Shown here piece after piece: positions 61,746 to 64,000 of a DNA stretch of 64,000 nucleotides. A program made the translations under genes and the position numbers. The notes below the pieces were generated by a model that was not told where the DNA came from, ran no database searches, and saw nothing but the letters and a program-made list of their open reading frames with translations. This DNA comes from Armatimonadota bacterium. Lineage in GTDB: Bacteria > Armatimonadota > UBA5829 > DSUL01. The stretch covers positions 160,001 to 224,000 of the forward strand of contig JBDHZC010000001.1 of assembly GCA_039811685.1 (NCBI GenBank). The letters run 5' to 3'. How positions within the stretch are numbered: position 1 is the stretch's first letter; every line of letters starts with the position of its first letter.

Positions 61746-62759
61746 TTGGAACAGGGAACGGATTTAACCGAAGCAATACGATGGGCTGGCCAGGCTGCTG
61801 TGTGTGGTACCGATGCCAACAATATAGTGCAAGCGGGACTGCGCTCAATCATCCGGTCGTCCGGCGATATTGGCATCACAAACCCATTCTCGTCGGCCCG
61901 CGACGGCGTCATGCCCGATCAAACTCGAGTGCTTCTATGCTGCATGCAGGATGGGGAGAAGACGTGGCACGTGTGCCTGAAGCTGTACCCGCTCTCTGCC
62001 GCAGGCCAAGCGGCGCTCCATACTCACGCACGGCTATTGCGGAGTCTCAAGGATGTAGTTTCTGTCCCGGATGTTATCAAGGTATTACCAGAGCGCGACC
62101 TGTTCGGGTTTCCGGCCCTGGTCACCACGGCCTGTGGACAGCCACTCGATACTGCGATGACACATGCCTCTGGGGACTTACAGAAACGAATAATCACACG
62201 CGTCGCCGAAGTGGTGTCCGCTCTTCACGCATTCGAACCCTGTGACTCAGGCATGGAGTGTCCATACGATCCGGACTCGGTGCGCAATCAATGGCAGGAG
62301 GATGTGGTTTGGTATAGAGAACACGCTATTCAAGCAGGCAGATATGCCAACGTTGTTCTCAGAGGCGCGGCCGTACTGGCTGACTGTCTCGAGGTGCCCT
62401 CAGTTGGAGCTTTTCTCCACCGTGACCTCACACCATATAACATACTGGCGAGCGGCTCTTCAATTATTCTCATAGATTGGGACCATGCAGGCTTTTCAGC
62501 TCCACAGGAAGATGTCGGCAAGACTCTCATAGGGCTTCTTTCCATGTTGTCGATTCCGCGCAGCGTTCGGCTCCAGTTGGCGCTGAGGTTTCTTGATATT
62601 TACAGCCACTTGAGGTCTCTGTCCAAAGCAGAGCTGTTTTCGCAATCGTTACCTTTTGCGCTGGACACCTTATTGGACTGGGTCGTCGGCGGCAAGAATG
62701 CACCTCAGGAGGAGTTGTCTTGGGCAATGGAGCAACTTCTCAGGAATGATCTGCTTTAG
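61746..62759 (+). CDS. Aminoglycoside phosphotransferase / choline kinase family protein
   Basis: CLKLY, VPDV, FLHRDLTPYNIL, LIDWD, EDVG; the ORF is open from 61650, but TTG 61746 is preferred because upstream starts lie inside the repeat. Confidence 0.8.
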   Translation: MEQGTDLTEAIRWAGQAAVCGTDANNIVQAGLRSIIRSSGDIGITNPFSSARDGVMPDQTRVLLCCMQDGEKTWHVCLKLYPLSAAGQAALHTHARLLRSLKDVVSVPDVIKVLPERDLFGFPALVTTACGQPLDTAMTHASGDLQKRIITRVAEVVSALHAFEPCDSGMECPYDPDSVRNQWQEDVVWYREHAIQAGRYANVVLRGAAVLADCLEVPSVGAFLHRDLTPYNILASGSSIILIDWDHAGFSAPQEDVGKTLIGLLSMLSIPRSVRLQLALRFLDIYSHLRSLSKAELFSQSLPFALDTLLDWVVGGKNAPQEELSWAMEQLLRNDLL

Positions 62760-62782
62760 TGGGGTTCCCAACACCAGGGCCA

Positions 62783-62852
62783 GTTTCGGATGCTGCGGGA
62801 ATGACAAGCCTCACCACTGTGACCGATGACTGGAGACGGAAATTCTCGCAGC
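62783..62852 (+). repeat. Inverted-repeat element R2
   Basis: 65/70 identical to 61607-61676 by manual alignment. Confidence 0.92.
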
Positions 62853-63026
62853 TGCTTCAGACTAACCGCACAGCCACCGGACGTGGTATCATTTCCTCGT
62901 GAGTAATCAGCCGTATCGGGATAGCTCTCTCGATTGATGCAGCCACTTCATGATAGCGAACTGGTGCTCGACATTACACCCGGCATGGGCTTTGAAGAAC
63001 TTGAGGTTCCGACGATGTGGGAGGTG

Positions 63027-63126
63027 GCTGCGGGAATTGAGGTAGCTGGAGAACGAAACACCTGAGCAACTTGGCATTCCCGCAGCATACAACACCTGTG
63101 CAACTCGTCATTCCCGCAGCGTACAA
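63027..63126. repeat. Three further arm copies, including a 34-bp tandem duplication
   Basis: GCTGCGGGAAT at 63027-63037; AACACCTGAGCAACTTGGCATTCCCGCAGCATAC (63057-63090) and AACACCTGTGCAACTCGTCATTCCCGCAGCGTAC (63091-63124). Confidence 0.88.
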
Positions 63127-63141
63127 AGGAGATTTTCTGCA

Positions 63142-63891
63142 TTGGATATTCCACGGATCTTCAACATAACCGAAAGCACTCACCGCATCCATAACCCGTT
63201 CACACCCGAAAAGCTCGCTACTCTCGGCGCGGCGCTGCGTCTGGAAAAGGGGACCCGAGTGCTCGACCTCGGCAGCGGTTCGGGGGAGATGCTATGTACC
63301 TGGGCTCGCGATTACGGGGTCATCGGCGCCGGCATCGACATGAGCCAGTTGTTCACCGATCAAGCGAGACTTCGCGCTGAAGAACTCGGCGTGGCCGATC
63401 AAGTCAAGTTCATCCATGGCGATGCTGCGGGCTGCGTCTCTAACGAGAAGGCCGGTGTGGCAGCCTGTCTCGGCGCCACGTGGATCGGCGGGGGCGTCAG
63501 CGGAACTATCGAACTTCTGGCGCAGAGCCTCCGCCCCGGAGGGATTATCCTTATCGGGGAGCCCTACTGGCGGCAGTTACCGCCGACGGAAGATGTTGCC
63601 AAGGGGTGTCTTGCCGGCTCAATCTCCGACTTTCTCCTGCTTCCAGAACTTCTCAGAGTCTTCGGCCACCTAGGCTACGACGTCGTGGAACTGGTTTTGG
63701 CAGACCAGGACAGCTGGGACAGATACGAGGCGGCCAAGTGGCTCACCATGCGCCGATGGCTTGAAGCCAATCCCGACGACGAACTTGCCAAAGAGGTTCG
63801 AGCCCAACTGACCTCGGAACCCGTGCGCTACGCCGCCTACACGCGTGAATACCTGGGCTGGGGTGCTTTCGCGCTGATGCTGCAGTGGTGA
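63142..63891 (+). CDS. Class I SAM-dependent methyltransferase (YjhP-like)
   Basis: MDIPRIF..HRIHNP, VLDLGSGSGE, GATWIGGG, GEPYW; TTG start after RBS AAGGAG. Confidence 0.9.
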   Translation: MDIPRIFNITESTHRIHNPFTPEKLATLGAALRLEKGTRVLDLGSGSGEMLCTWARDYGVIGAGIDMSQLFTDQARLRAEELGVADQVKFIHGDAAGCVSNEKAGVAACLGATWIGGGVSGTIELLAQSLRPGGIILIGEPYWRQLPPTEDVAKGCLAGSISDFLLLPELLRVFGHLGYDVVELVLADQDSWDRYEAAKWLTMRRWLEANPDDELAKEVRAQLTSEPVRYAAYTREYLGWGAFALMLQW

Positions 63892-63986
63892 GTTGTGGCA
63901 TCCGGCGGAGATGGGGAAATGCGAGTCAACGCCGCTTCCGCCTCACCGGGAACGGCCTGATCTTTGATAACTCATTGATATTGAAG

Positions 63987-64000
63987 GTTTCGGATGCTGC
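63987..64000 (+). repeat. Start of element R3 (cut by the window edge)
   Basis: GTTTCGGATGCTGC, identical to the first 14 nt of R1 and R2. Confidence 0.8.

Noticed and set aside
61593..64000. Canonical integron/attC array or CRISPR
   Set aside because: No intI or cas gene is in the window, the repeats lack paired RYYYAAC/GTTRRRY boxes, and the spacers are gene-sized.

Overview
GC-rich bacterial chromosomal segment. PEP-CTERM proteins, three DUF1559-type prepilins, a DUF6785-like membrane protein and many CAZymes suggest Armatimonadota or a similar lineage; this is an inference, with no marker-gene analysis done. Housekeeping content: groES/groEL with a CIRCE element, ftsH, fumC, lpdA, folK, panB/panC, phosphoketolase, ftcD, tRNA-Glu, tRNA-Asn and a probable 6S RNA. 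It also carries carbohydrate-active genes (two GH130, GH38, GH84, SGNH, aldolase) and several secreted modular proteins. The most unusual signal starts just after tRNA-Asn (61.6 kb to the window end). Single accessory genes (a phosphotransferase, a methyltransferase) are separated by copies of a ~70-bp inverted-repeat element built on the motif ATTCCCGCAGCAT. What looks like an empty and a filled version of one insertion site sit side by side, with a GTTT junction. An IS110 remnant at 53.8 kb ends on part of the same motif. Other leads are a lysine 2,3-aminomutase + ATP-grasp ligase + glutaredoxin cluster, a ~200-aa tandem OB-like module shared by four unrelated secreted proteins, a GTAG-type REP tandem array, and an Rrf2-type operator on a clade-D carbonic anhydrase. 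All calls come from reading the sequence and recognising motifs; no searches were run.
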